A DNA stretch of 64,000 nucleotides from the human T2T-CHM13v2.0 reference genome, Homo sapiens. The position numbers and the translations under genes were made by a program. The stretch lies in the NCBI RefSeq assembly GCF_009914755.1, contig NC_060927.1; one strand, written 5' to 3'. The notes below the pieces were generated by a model. The model saw only the letters and a list, made by a program, of their open reading frames with translations. It did no database searches and was not told the origin of the DNA. Below, piece after piece: positions 23,637 to 36,474 of this stretch (position 1 is the first letter of the stretch; every line of letters begins with the position of its first letter).

Positions 23637-26329
23637 TATAAAGGGGACCAGGACATATGCTCACTTCCAGCCTGTGCTGCTCACTCGCTCCATGACGCCA
23701 GGGGGGTCACTCTGCCTCTCTGAGAATCAATTTCTGGGTGATGAAGAGGAGCAAAGTAATCTCTGGGGTCCAGGCTGCTTGGGGACATGTACCCTGAAAG
23801 GGGCTCTCTGAGGCCCCTGGGTCATTCTTCAGCCCCTCTACCCACAGGGGTTTTCCTCCCAGACCGTGGCTGGGGTGGTCTCTCTTCCATTCAGGCACCA
23901 GCAGAGCCCAGGCATCTTCAGTACGTTTTGTCCCGGGATAGGGGTCAGGGGTGACCTATATAGGTCCTAAGTCAGGGACGGGGGTCCCCAAAAGATTGTT
24001 TCCCTATGTTAAGCCTCCCCACAATTAACCCATTTTGCAGCAGTGGAAACAAAGGCCCCTTCACCTAAAGACACATAGGGAGGGAGTGGCTGAGCAGAAC
24101 TTTCTCCTGCCTCTTGTCAAAGCTTTAGCTAGGAGCGTTTCCCTGTCCTCAGGTTCCTCAGGGCTCGATGAGATTCTCCCGCTGACAAACGGAAATGCTC
24201 CTCCCCTGGATGAAAACCAGGGAAGAATTTTCCACTGGGAATTGAGGCTGCCCCACCTCGGCTCTGGCTGGGTCTATCTGCTGAGCAACTTCCAGTGGAT
24301 CGTTTCCTCTCTCTACCCCAGTTTTTGTGTGGGCAGGTCCAGGGTCCCTGCAGCGGGGGGCGGAAGGGGGTTGGTCAGTGTTTGCCGGCCGCCAAGGGCG
24401 GGTTCCAGGTCAGGGGTTGGAGGCCAAGACAGGGGCAAGATGTGGCTCTTTCCTCTCCCCCAGCAGCATTCTCCCCAGACCCCATTGATCAGAGGAGGCT
24501 CCCATCCTCAGAACCACAGACTCGCCTGCTCTGCCAACCCCTGGCGCCTTTCTATTTGTGACTGGACAACTTCCAGGGCCAGAGTTGGGATAGGCGGTAA
24601 TGGACCACAGAGTGAGTTAATGGAGCCGTGCAAGGCGACCTCAGAGGTAATGGAGACCGGGTTGCAAAGGACACAGTCCCAGGGCCCCCATGCAGCTAAG
24701 GGGTGGTGCCCCACCCGTCCTTACTCCCTCAGCCCCCAGCTCCTCCCCTGCGCCCCGTCCTGTGCCTCAGCTAAACCTCTCTCCAGCCCTCCTAGGTTAG
24801 CTTGATGGCTCCATTGTCCAGAATTGGAAACTGAGGCCTGGAGGAGGAAAGGAGCTTGTCCAAGGTCACATCGTAAGTGAATCTGGAGTCTAAGGCCCTT
24901 CTCCCGCTGGTCTGGAGGTCCCAGCAGCCCAACATGGGCCCTCTCCCCACCTACTCCAGTGCTAAGGGGTCCAGCCTGAGGCTCCCAAATCTGTTCTTTC
25001 CCTGCCTTGGACTGGCTCTGCCTGCCCTAGGATGCTGGTCCTGCTGCTTCCCACCTTTATGTGTTGTGGCTTTGGCCAGGTCACTTCTCACTGAGTCTCA
25101 GTTTTCTCATCCATAAAATGGAGATAGGCACCCTCGTAGGGCCTCTGTGGGATCCCTGGGTCACAGAGTAGTCGGGGACAGTGTGAGAATTACCTTGGAC
25201 ATTCAGGACATGCAGGAAGATCCCAGAGGATAATCAGGAGCTTCGTATCAGCCTCATTATGTTGCCATGTGTGTGAGACCCTCAGTGGACAGGACAATGG
25301 AGACAACAAGGAAATAAGCCCATGGCTGGGCCAACTTGAACTCAGGTCCAATTAATCAAGGTCTATGCCAAAAATGAGGGAGGTGAATTTTGTGCTTTAT
25401 GCTGCTTAGATTTTTCCTGGATTTTGTCCTTGGGGCTGGTTGAGAGAAGCCAACCATTTGGCTTCTCCATTCGGAGAATGTACTCCAAATGGAGAAGAGG
25501 TTGCTGGTAGTCACGGAAGGCTGTCCTAGGGCAGGGAAGGAAGTGGGGTTGTGGGTAGAGAGGGTGGAGTTGGGCTCCAGTGGCCAGAGCAAGAGAAGTA
25601 GGCTCCAGGTTGTCGGGAGGGAAAGCTTACTCCCAGGCAGGCCCCACAGGGCTGGGGCAGGCTGGCCCAAAAGGAGGTAGCTTCCTATTCAGGGAACTAT
25701 GTGAGCTGCGGATGGACAGCTCTGCATGGAGGGGGACGCAAAGGGTCTCAAGCATCGGATCGAGGCTGGACTCTGGGATCTGCAGGGCTCCTCCTGTTCA
25801 GAGATGCAGACTGGGAGCAATGTTCCCAGGGAGCAGCAAGAACCATGGATGATTACAAATTGCTCTGTGATTTTCTCCTGTTACCATGGTGACAGCTGGT
25901 CTAGCATCTTAAGCAGCAGCAGGATGCAAGTGGATCTTTTAAAGCCCTTCAGGCTTCTTCATCCTCCCTCTCCCCTTCCCCTCCCTGCCTCCTTAATGCT
26001 GTTGACCCACTCCCTTATTCACCCATGATTGCTCACCCTCTCTGTGCTTGGCATTAGGAATCACATATTTCCTGCTCACCTTCCCAATCCTGTACTTTCT
26101 CCTTGTAATTCATGCCAAGGCTTCTTGCTCACTTCTCTGGGCCTCAGTTTCCCCATCTGTAGAACAAGGAGGGCATGACCCTGGGTGACCCTATCTATCC
26201 CCACATGTTCAAATACAGCTCACCCTTGGCTATCCAATGCCAGTAATTCCTCCTCTAGAAAGCCTCTTGATTTCCCCAGCCTGAAGCAAACTCTCAATCA
26301 TTCATTCATGGTTGCATGCATTCATGAAC

Positions 26330-26540
26330 CTGCGCTGTCTCACATGGTAGCTGCCAGCCATGTGTGGCCACCGAGCACTTGAAATGTGGCTGCTGCTGGG
26401 TACTGAAATACTATTTGGGACATATTGGATTAACTAACATATTAATATTATTAAAATTAATTACACCTGTATCTTTCTTGCTTTGTAGACAATTTCAAAT
26501 TACCTATGTGGCTCGCATTTTATTTCTATTGGCAATGGCA
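26330..26540 (+). mobile_element. MER33, internally deleted
   Basis: ctgcgctgtc...gagcacttgaaatgtggct...atgtggctcgcattttatttctattgg. Confidence 0.72.
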
Positions 26541-27249
26541 TTAAACTAACATTTGCGAATGCATGCAGGGTTGCAAGGGCAGTAGCGGCTACCGTTGACA
26601 GAGTGCGGTGACTCAGTTCATCCTGACAAACCCTGAGAAGTGCATTCTGTGCGTATTTTTATTTGACAGGTAAGAAAAAGGAGGCTCGGAGAAGGGGAGC
26701 GGCTTGCCCAAAGGCACACAGCTCTGGATTGTGGCAGGTGCTCTAGTCTAGAAAATAAACTGGACAGCCACGATGGTGTAAGGAAGAGACCTGGCAATTC
26801 CAAAGCTGGGGGTGGCAGTGGGCTCGGCTCCTGCTGCAGGCACCCAGGTTAGTAGCAGCAGCCAGTGTTCTCCAGGAGTCTGGGGTGTCAGAAGGTGGAA
26901 AGCCCCACCAGGGTGAGAACCAAGCTGGTCACGGCACCCTGAAACTCCAGCTTAATTTCATCTTGTGCTTGGATCTAACATTCAGGTCCCACCTGCCATT
27001 CTGCCCACAGGTGGAGTGATGTTGGCTGAGCCCCGCACCTATGCAACCTCATTGCAGTTTCGCTAGCACACTGGCCTGCCAATCATGATTGGCCCAAAGT
27101 CTCTGAGGCCACAGTCGCCAAGAGGAAGCAGCAGGGCCACAGCCCACCTTAGTGTGGAGCTGTCACCCAGACCTAGTCAAAGTGGCTCTACAGAGCCAGC
27201 TGGGCTGGCTACTTTTTGCCTACCCACCTCCAGCCCCGCCCTCCACACT

Positions 27250-27590
27250 GCCTGCCCTGCACCCAGGAGGCTGACCTCCCGAACCATCGAGGCCTCCTGC
27301 CCTCCTGCTTCCCATTGGGTTGAGCCTCCCAGGGTCCCAGCTCTTGCTGGGTTTTGGAACCCTCCCTCCCCTGCCCCTTCAGGCCCAGGGTGGTGGTGGC
27401 TCCCCACTGCTCCTCACTCCCCACTGCTCCTCACTCCCCACTGCTTCTCACTCCCTACTGTGCTGGCCCTGCTCCTTTCTGCGTGGGCTCCCTGAGCCTG
27501 GCCCACACCCCTCTAAATAGCACTCCCCACAGGGCTCTTCAGCCACCCCTTCTGAAGGAGCTGTGTGCTGCCTGCCTGGTCCCATCTTAA
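27250..27590 (+). mobile_element. LTR33-like ERVL LTR fragment
   Basis: cttcccattgggttgagcc and ccctcccctgccccttcaggcccagggtggtggtggctccccactg resemble LTR33. Confidence 0.45.
27400..27460. repeat. 17-bp tandem repeat, ~3.6 copies
   Basis: CTCCCCACTGCTCCTCA at 27400, 27417 and 27434 (one mismatch), partial at 27451. Confidence 0.9.
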
Positions 27591-29009
27591 TCCACCCACT
27601 GCCCTTCATGGCCTGGAACTCGGTTCTCCCTCCCGGTAGAGTCAGCAGTGGCTTCCCCTCCCAGTCTCCAGGGCCCTGAAACCACCTTTCTGTCTGATGT
27701 GCAGCACGTCTTGCCTCCGAGCACGGCCAGCTCCCGTGAGTCTTGGCGTCCTCACAGGCTTTGAAGGCCTGAGGTCCTGGTTTTCTCCACAGCTCTGGGA
27801 ACACCATGGCTTGATGCTGGGGTCTTTGGCACAAAGGGCTTCTCAGAGACCATTGTTCTGTGCCCAGTTCTTCTCTCCACCTCCTTTTTCCTGGGGCCTG
27901 GGACTTGGCTGACCTCAGGGCATTTTGTTCAATGACTAAGTGAAGTAATAATCCAGGACATCCACAAAGTCTGGAAACACAGATGGATGTGTGTATGCAC
28001 GTACATATATGTACATATATTATGATGTACATGGCTGTTACACATATTATACATATATGAATATAGTTAATGTTGTCTAAGACATCTGTGGCTTGTAAAA
28101 CCATCTAAAAATGCCATGTAAGTATCTAGACGCTCTGGCCATCCTGCAGGTGCTGATCAGATAATGTGCACTTGCAGTGGATGGAGGACAGAATGCCTTC
28201 AGCAGCCTTCAGAGCTGTCTGGTTCACCCTGTATCTGCACAGCATCTAGCCTGAAGCCTCCAGCCTACTCAGTATGAAGAGGGTTTAGTAAAGGGATGGA
28301 TAAGCGTTTCCTGGATGGAGGCACTTTATCCTTGTGACTTGGCATCATCTCTGTGGCCAAGGCCAGGTCTGAGGACTGGGGCTGGTCCCAGGCGAGCTGG
28401 TGGACAGGTGGAAGCCTGCGAATGGGTAGGTGGGTGTGCTCTGCAGGAGCCCGGCTCCGGCTTTGTGGAGACAGCCGGCTGGCTATTCCCTGTCAGCCCC
28501 TCTAGATCCCTTCTTAGTCCTTCACCCTTCTCCGTGCCCTGGGGGCTGACCCTGGGGCTGTGTCCACAGGCTCCCAGCCTGCTGACTTCTGTGGGCCTGA
28601 AGAGGGGCTGGAGGGTGAGCAGAGCTCCCGCACCGCGGGGTTGCAGGTGGCTGGGGCTACGTCCACCGAAGCTGCAGCTGTGGGCGGCTGCCTGCTTCTC
28701 TAGCCTCAGCTCCCTGAGCAGGTTCCAGGAAGGGCTCTATTCCTGTGTCTCAGACCTTGGGAGGGAATGCTCCCTACTGCCACCAGCCCCAGGGCGCCTC
28801 ACCATTTCCCTTAACCCTTCATGCGCCTCTGTGACAGGTCCCTTTTCTCATCACCCATTTGTGCTGTTTCCTGCCAGGGCCCTTCCTGATTCACCAGGAG
28901 TAACCACCTTAAAGGGCGGTTTAGCAAGTTAAGTGAGAGAATTCACCCAGCAGCCCACCTGGCTCATTGCTAGTGCTCAGTAAATGGCTGTTACTGACGA
29001 TGCCGTGGA

Positions 29010-29240
29010 GGGCAGGGTAGGGTAGAGGTTAAAACCATGGATTCTAGAGCCAGATGGGTTCAAATCCCGGCTCTGCCGCATCCCGGCTGTGTGACCCTGG
29101 GCAAGTTGCTCAACCTCTGTGTGCCTCCCCCGTGGGAGTTACCATAACACTCATCACACGGGGCTGTTGTGAGGATTAAACACTTTAACATCACTAAACA
29201 CATTAACAGCAAGGGCTGGCACGCACTCAGTAAACCTTAA
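29010..29240 (+). mobile_element. MIR (other MIR cores at ~810-930, 5440-5520, 5820-6000, 18500-18680, 21010-21180, 25055-25150, 26580-26750, 32030-32180, 44700-44800, 49210-49445, 52900-53060, 56210-56310)
   Basis: gggttcaaatcccggctctgcc...tgtgtgaccctgggcaagttgctcaacctctgtgtgcctc...ttgtgaggattaaa. Confidence 0.8.
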
Positions 29241-30825
29241 ATAAGCACTCAGTCCACCACTGTTACCTGGCGGACTCACAGTCCCCACGTGTGCTGGTTA
29301 GAAGTGGAGTCTCAGCGGCGTGCTGCAGCCAGTACCTCTGAGATTTACCCCGTGGGGATCGGCAGGGATGGCAAATGCGAGAGCTGGTTCCCAACGCGGC
29401 TGGAAGCCTCCTGCCTGCTCATCTCCAGTCTCCACTCACAGTTTTATTTCCCCATGTTCTCCTCAACTTCCCCTTCCTTTTGGAAGTTGGACACAGTCAA
29501 GCAGTCCCGAAAGTGTGCTCCCAGCCCCTCCTTCCAAGGTGAGCTCACACCTGGGGGAAGGCTCACAGGGCCGTGCCCTCTTCACACCTCACATCACCTC
29601 TGGCCTCATTTGTCTCAGCTTCTCACCTTCTCACTCTGCTGGCTGGCTCCCTGTCTGTCGCCTGCCCTGGGCATGCGGCAGATGGGGGCATGTCAGCCAG
29701 GCCAGCAGCTCCGTGGGCCCTTCCCAGGGCTGGCGCACCCCCCTTGCCTGGCTGGCCGTGTAACTGGAGCTGCAGGCACTGGAACTGAGTCCCCCGGTGG
29801 CCAGATCGCACAGGTATCAGCTGACCGCCTGTGTCCCGTTTTCCTTCACACGCGGCGCAGTTAACAATGGCCGACAGTCCTCACAGGGGGCCCGGGCCCC
29901 GCCAGGGAGAGGCCCCGGCATGCTATCGGGCCACATGATCTTGCCCCTTAAAAGGCCTGCCCTCCCTGCTGACATAGCACACAAATAGGGCCTTTACTCG
30001 CTGCCAGCGACCGTCTGCCGCCCTGGGAGTGTGAGCCGGAACCCGGGCCCCTGTGCCAGCCAGGCCCGCAAGGCTCTCTCTCTCCCTCCATGTGAACCTG
30101 CTCTCGATACACCTGACCATTCTTCTCCCCTTGGCCTGGATTACACCCCGTAAAAGCCCTTTGTTCCTCGGCCCTGGACAAAACTGAAGCTGGCACCGCA
30201 GGGGTCTCTGCCAATGTAGCCATCTGCCCTGACCCACTCTTGGTGGAAAACCAGCTCCGGGCAGGGAATCAGGTTGGGGGTGGTGAACAGGGTGACGGGG
30301 GCGCTGCTGTTGCCCCAGATAACCCTGGTTAGTCTCTGCGGCAAGATGCTGGGCTCCTTGGCTCTAGAAGTTTCTCTGTAGCAGCACATGGGAGGTCTGG
30401 GTTTGTCGTCTCGTGTGGCCTCTGCTTTCCTGGGGGACCTGGAGAAGCCTCTGGCCCCTGCTGAATCTTTCCCCTCTTGCTCTGCAAAATGGGATAATAA
30501 TGATTCCTCTCTCCCTGTGCACACCTGGCTCCTAGCAGTCCCTCAGTTAATGCTGGCCATGGCCAACAGACAGGAACAAGAGTGGGGCTGTCAGGGATGA
30601 GGATTTCTATGCAGGGATGGGGAGAAGGACTGGGCCCAGGTCCTAAAACTGGGATTGAGACCTTTACAAATACACCTCTCAGGCAGGGCGGTGGAGTGTC
30701 GTGGGGCGGTAACTTGAAGAGGCTCCAGGGATTTAGGGTTCTGGAGAGATCATTCTAAGCTAAGACCTGCCCTTGGAACCGAGTCTGAGTCTGTAGAGAG
30801 CCCAGGTCCTGGGAAGATGCTAGAG

Positions 30826-31040
30826 CTGCTCTGTCCAATGCTATAGCCACTAGCTACATTTAAATTAAATTGTAAATTACTATTTAAATTTACAAAAAGA
30901 AAAATGCAAGATCCAGATCCTCAGTTGCATCAGCCACGTTTCAAGTACTCAGTAGCCACTCGTGGCCAGTGGCTGCCACACTTGAGGATGCAGAATACGA
31001 TATTTTCATCATCATAGAAAGTTCACTTGGACTGTGCCAC
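30826..31040. mobile_element. MER3 (hAT-Charlie)
   Basis: ctgctctgtccaat...agccactagctacatttaaatt...catcatcatagaaagttc. Confidence 0.7.
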
Positions 31041-31497
31041 TCTGCAGGCTGCGGGGGATTAACTCAACGCACACTGCTGAGCGCCTCCAGTATGACATGT
31101 CACATGAACGTGGCGGTCACAGGAACCCTCTGAGCTTCCATGGCTTGCTCCTTCCATGCTCATTTATTAAACATGATGGTGGGGTGGGCTGGCGCTAGAG
31201 GGAGGGGCGCTGAGCTCTGCCCTCAGCAAGCTCGAAGGCAAGGATCCCAGTCATACAAACCTGCATGTGCAGGCCAAGTGCTGGGGGCCCCGTGGAGGAG
31301 AAGTAACCCCAGGTGGGGCCAGGGATGCTTCAGTGTTTCCAGACGGGCTGAGGATGAGTTCCCAGGTCTTCAAGTTCTGAGTTAAGCATCCAGGAGCTTC
31401 ACCACCAGGGTTTCCAGTGGCCCCAAAATGTGCCTATAGACATCCAGGAAGGAGGAGATCATTACCTTCGCTCCAGCAAAACGCAGACTGGCTCAGC

Positions 31498-31990
31498 TGT
31501 GGTGGGCAGGATAATGGGCCCCAAATATGACCATGGCCTAGTCTCTGGGACCTGGGACTATGTTACCTTATATGGCAAAAGGGTCTTTAATTATGTGAAG
31601 GAATGAAAGCTCTTCAGATGGAATGATCACCTGGATTATGCATAGAGCCAGGCATAGTCATGGCATAGTCATGAGGGTCATTACAAGAAGGACATGGGAG
31701 GTCAGAGTCAGAGAAGATGGGGGAGTGATGATGCAAGTACAGAGTGGAGACATGTGCTCTGCAGGTGGGGAAGGAACCTCAAGCCAAGGCGTCCAGGAGC
31801 TGAACAAGGCAAGGACACAGCTTCTCCCCTTGGAGCCTCAGAGGAGCTGACCCTGCCCACACCATGACTTCAGCCCGGTGAAACTGATAACAGACTTTTG
31901 GCCTCCAGAACTGTAAGAGAATACATTTGTGTTGTTTTAAGCCACTGAGTGTATGGTCATTTGCTTCAACAGCGAGAGGGAAGTCATGCA
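31498..31990 (+). mobile_element. MLT1D/C-type MaLR solo LTR
   Basis: TGTGGTGGGCAGGATAATGG start, ATGTTACCTTATATGGCAAAAGGG, and GGCCTCCAGAACTGTAAGAGAATACATTTGTGTTGTTTTAAGCCAC. Confidence 0.85.
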
Positions 31991-34059
31991 CTAGCATAGA
32001 GGTGACAATCATAGGTTTTGGCAAGGGATAGAAACAGGTTTGAATCCCAGCTACTCCCTTGTCTAATGGGATAATCTTGAGCAAGTGGCTTCATCTCTCT
32101 GCTCCTCAGTTTACCTTATCTAAGAAAAGGGGAACATAATGATACCCACCTAATAGGGTCATTATGGGACTTGAAGGAAATAAACCAAGTGGATTATTCC
32201 GAAAACGGTCCCTGCTGGCCTCAGTATTGCTATCTCTTGGAAGGAAATCTGTGGTTTATTGAGCGTGGATTGCCCAGAGCCAGACTATCTGGGCTGTAAA
32301 ATTACTCAATCCTGCCTCAGTTTCTTTAAATTAGGGTAATAACAGAGGATATAACGATCACCAAATGAAATAATCTGCACGTGGCACTAAGAGTAGCACC
32401 TGGCCTCTGGGAGGCATTTTGTCAACACTGATTATCACTGGTGTCCTTTTATTCCCAGCTCCAGTACCCCGTGCTGAGGCCCCACACAGGCCTGTCCCTT
32501 TGACAGAAGGGCCCGAGGTGCAGGGTTGGGCACGTGGCCAGGAGGGCTGCCCAGCGGTGCCCTGAAGAGGAGCAGGGCAGGAGGGGGCTGGGCTGGGCCT
32601 GGCCGGGCCTGGCTCTCGGCGTCTTCACTTTTTCTGTCCCCGCGCCCCTCAAGCTGTCCAAACACCGGCCAGGCGCCCAAGGAGCACTCCCGAGGATCGG
32701 CCCTGGGAAAGGTTGGCTGTCTGCAGTGTGCGGTTGGAGGAAGTGGCCCTTGTTTGCTTCCCCGCAACCCTAGGAGCTTCCTTCCCTCTGCGTCTTTGCT
32801 TTGCTTTCTTGCGGCTGCCTGCTGTGGAGGGCTGGCCGCCCGGTGGACCTGGGCCCTGGGGCCCCGGATGCTTCCAAACCTGGAGAAACAGCCAGAACAA
32901 CAGCTCTGTCCCAGGCCTCTGCTCCCAGGATTGACTCTTGGACTCATCGCAGTTGAAGCTCAGGACAAAGCCACCAAAGCCAGCATGAGCTACACACCCA
33001 CTGTGTCCTGGACCCCGCTTCAGTGCTCCCTGAATGCTCTCACGACACCACGAGCCCAGACATTCTCTCCCCATTTGCAACCCAGGAAACTGAGGCAGGG
33101 AACTGGCAGCCAATGTGCCCAGGTTCTGCAAACTACTCAGAGTTAGACTTGGTCTTCAGTAGCCTCGCTCCGAAAACTCCTGCCCTGTGGGGCCCCCCTA
33201 GAGCTTTAACATAGAATGAGAGGCTCAGAATCACCAGATCAGAGCATTGAAAAACAGAATCACAGAATCCAGGAATCTGATTATGGAAATTCTCAACAGT
33301 ATTACAGGATCTTGTAATGAAATCAGATTCTTAGATTCTCTGGCTCATCACATTTCATTGTCAAAAGAGACCCTAAATGTTCTATGGTCACCCCTCCTTC
33401 TCCGCCCCTTTGCCAATGCATTTCCTTGCAACCCCCAGCACAGGGCTCCCCCAGCCCGCCCATCCTATAGCGCTGTGGTTAGAATTGTCTTCCTGCTTCC
33501 TCCACAGCCCCCCTTCCGTCTTCCAGCCCCCTCTGCTCATCTCTCCTCTTCCTACTTGCCTGCATAAATTAGCACCCCAGCCTCTGAACATCTGGTGACA
33601 AACAGTGGCACTGATTCTAAAAGGCTGTGTACTTCTTGTATGGATTTCACAGGGCCGTCTCTGAGGGATGGATGGGGAAATTTCATCTTCAAGCTGTTTG
33701 TTTGGCTCAGGGTTGCTCTAGTTCCCCCAGGCAGGCTCTGGGAGAGGGAACTTCAGCTGCGAAGGAACCTCACGCACCTCTCAGCCAGGATCGGCCCCTA
33801 AAAGTTTGTATGAAGATAAAATCTGCTAGTGGGAACAAATGACAGGTAATCCTGGGCACCCGGCGTTCGATGGAGAAACGCCGCCTGCAGCATCCTCGTG
33901 GGTGGTGGTCTGAAGCCCCTTGCATCTCTCCAGCAAAGGAAAGCTCACTACCTCCCCTGCTCTATGGGGTTTATCCAGGGCCCTGGTATAGAATGCACGA
34001 TGCTCCAGCCCCCAGGTGCTGACACCCTCTGTTGAGTAGAGTCAGAGGGGGCATCTCTT

Positions 34060-34535
34060 TTGACAGGGAATCTAACAAAAATGTAAAAACCACCACTGTC
34101 TGGCCCCAAAACCCCACTTTGAGGAGCCAATCTTACAGCAACATTTGTGCAAAAGATATGTTCAAGGATCTTTGCTACGATGTCGTTTGTGGTGGTGGCA
34201 AACACATAGAATCTCATTCAATGTCCATAAATAGGAGACTGATGAAATACATTTGGATACCTTCAGGCTGTGAAATACTCTGACTGTTAAAGAGAATGAG
34301 GAGTGTTTACTTGTGCTTCTTCTGACGTTCAGAAAACAACTTGTAAAACAGTCATACAATGGGAATATGTATGTATATGTTTATAATTCACATAGGCAAA
34401 ACTGATCATAGTGGTTACTTCTGGGGAGCAGGATTTTGGAGGAGATGAGTGTATTTTAACCCTTCACTTTAGATACTTCTGCATGTTTTTAAACTATGGA
34501 ACATGTATTACTTTTGTTAATAAAAATATAAAGGA
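34060..34535 (+). mobile_element. Old L1M 3' fragment
   Basis: aaagatatgttcaagga...aatgtccataaataggagactg...gtggttacttctgggga. Confidence 0.55.
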
Positions 34536-34538
34536 TAT

Positions 34539-34840
34539 GGCTGGGCGCAGTGGCTCACCCCTGTAATCCCAGCGCTTTGCGGGGCCGAGGCGTGTGGATC
34601 ACTTGAGGCCAGGAGTTCGAGACCAGCCTGGCCAACATGGTGAAATCCTGTCTCTGCTAAAAATATAAAAAATAGTCGGGTGTGGTGGTGCCTGCCTGTA
34701 ATCCCAGCTACTCGGGAGACAGGCAGGAGAATCACTTGAACCCAGGAGGCAGCCATTGCAGTGAGCCGAGATTGTGCCACTGCACTCCAGCCTGGGCAAC
34801 AGAGTGAGACCCTGTCTTAACAACAACAGCAACAATAACT
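34539..34840 (+). mobile_element. Alu (Jb/Sz-like) with (AAC)n tail followed by (AT)/(AC) microsatellite
   Basis: GGCTGGGCGCAGTGGCTCA start, central A-rich linker and right monomer. Confidence 0.93.
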
Positions 34841-35784
34841 ATATATATATAAACACACACACACACATATGGATATTACTTCTTTACACTGGAGGGAGCA
34901 CAGAGAGGCAAGGGCTGGCTCAGTTCATCCCATCTATGGGTTCACTCACCGAGATCTATCGGGCACTGGCCTACTCTGGTTTCCTCCTCCAGCGAATGTG
35001 ATGGGCCTGCCTCGATGCCTCAATCCACGTTTTAGTTGATTATTCCAGCTGCGGCTAGACCGAGGTATCCTGGTGGCCTAACACCGTGGAGGTTGGTTTC
35101 TTGTGTTTCAGCAGCCCAGGAGGGCATGCAGAAAGGGGGTCCCCATGGGCAAGGTGGGTCCCAGCCTCCTGCCACCCGTGGCTCCTCTATTAAGGTGACT
35201 ATCCAGAATAGAGGCGGACTAGGTCCATCCGCTTCTCTCCACCCAGGTCTGGCTGTGGTGTGTCCCCACTCCTGCTCACAGTTCCCTGAAAAGAAGCCGT
35301 CCTACAGAACCATTGTCTAGGTGCACGGGGCTCGGGGTGAGTGGGAGATCCATGCTGGGGCCTGCAGGAAGTGGCTGTGCTCTGAGGAGGTGCGAGCACA
35401 AATGTCCTTGGCCTGTCTGCCTCCACTGCCAACATCTTTTCTGGTGCTGATTAAGCCGCCATGCCTTAGGAGCAGCCAGTGGAGAGGTATTAGGTGGAAT
35501 CTCATAAATGCCAGAGTTTAAACAGCCCTGGGCACTACGTCAGGGCAGGGTGGGGAACGCACCCGGGGGCCTGGGCTCCCGTATGGGGGCTACACTTTTT
35601 ATTATGGACTTGGCATTCATCAGCTGCCTCACCTCCAAAAACCCACAGAACGTGCACGACCTAATGACCAGATTGGTAAGGGCCAGGAAAAGACAAAGCT
35701 AGCTCAGGGAGTGGAGTGGAGGCAGGTATCCTTGCACTGGTACTTCAGGCAGGGAGGTCAGGGAAGGCCTCTGGGAGCAGGTGA

Positions 35785-36081
<297 letters not shown>

Positions 36082-36474
36082 TGGGAGGAGGTAACTTCTA
36101 AACGAGGTCCTGCCTGGAGGAAGGGAGGGTGGGGAGGAGCATGGCATGTCAGACCCAGCCAGGAAGCCCAAGGGGCTTAAGCAAGTTAGCAGGGACATCA
36201 AGAGTGCTCAGGGTCAGCTGGGACAGAGTGGACCCTCTGGCCGTGGTAAGGAGTTTGAATTTTATCCCAGTTGTGAAGGGAACCCAGTGGGTGAATGAGT
36301 GAGGCAGACAGGTGAGCAGGGGTGAGGATGCAACACAGTCCCTGCCTCCGGCTGGGGAGGTAATACCCAGGGAACTATGGAGTGCAGAGAGCCCAGGACA
36401 TGATGGGTTAGTGCAGGCTTCTGAAGGAGCCAAGGAGGTTGGCCAGATGGGAAGCTCAGAGGAGGTTTTTCAGA

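Noticed and set aside
23942-23957. Canonical oestrogen response element
   Set aside because: The spacer is 4 bp, not 3. Kept only as part of the composite-site finding.
24035-24805. 256-aa ORF (also the 244-aa ORF at 48372-49106, 218 aa at 27448-28104, 206 aa at 32526-33146, 205 aa at 28315-28932)
   Set aside because: Pro/Gly/Ser/Arg-rich composition expected from GC-rich non-coding DNA, no recognisable domains, and several start at TTG/GTG or run through repeats.
33878-33891. CTCF-like GCTGCAGGCGGCGT (minus strand)
   Set aside because: Only 10/14 to the core consensus; too weak without data.
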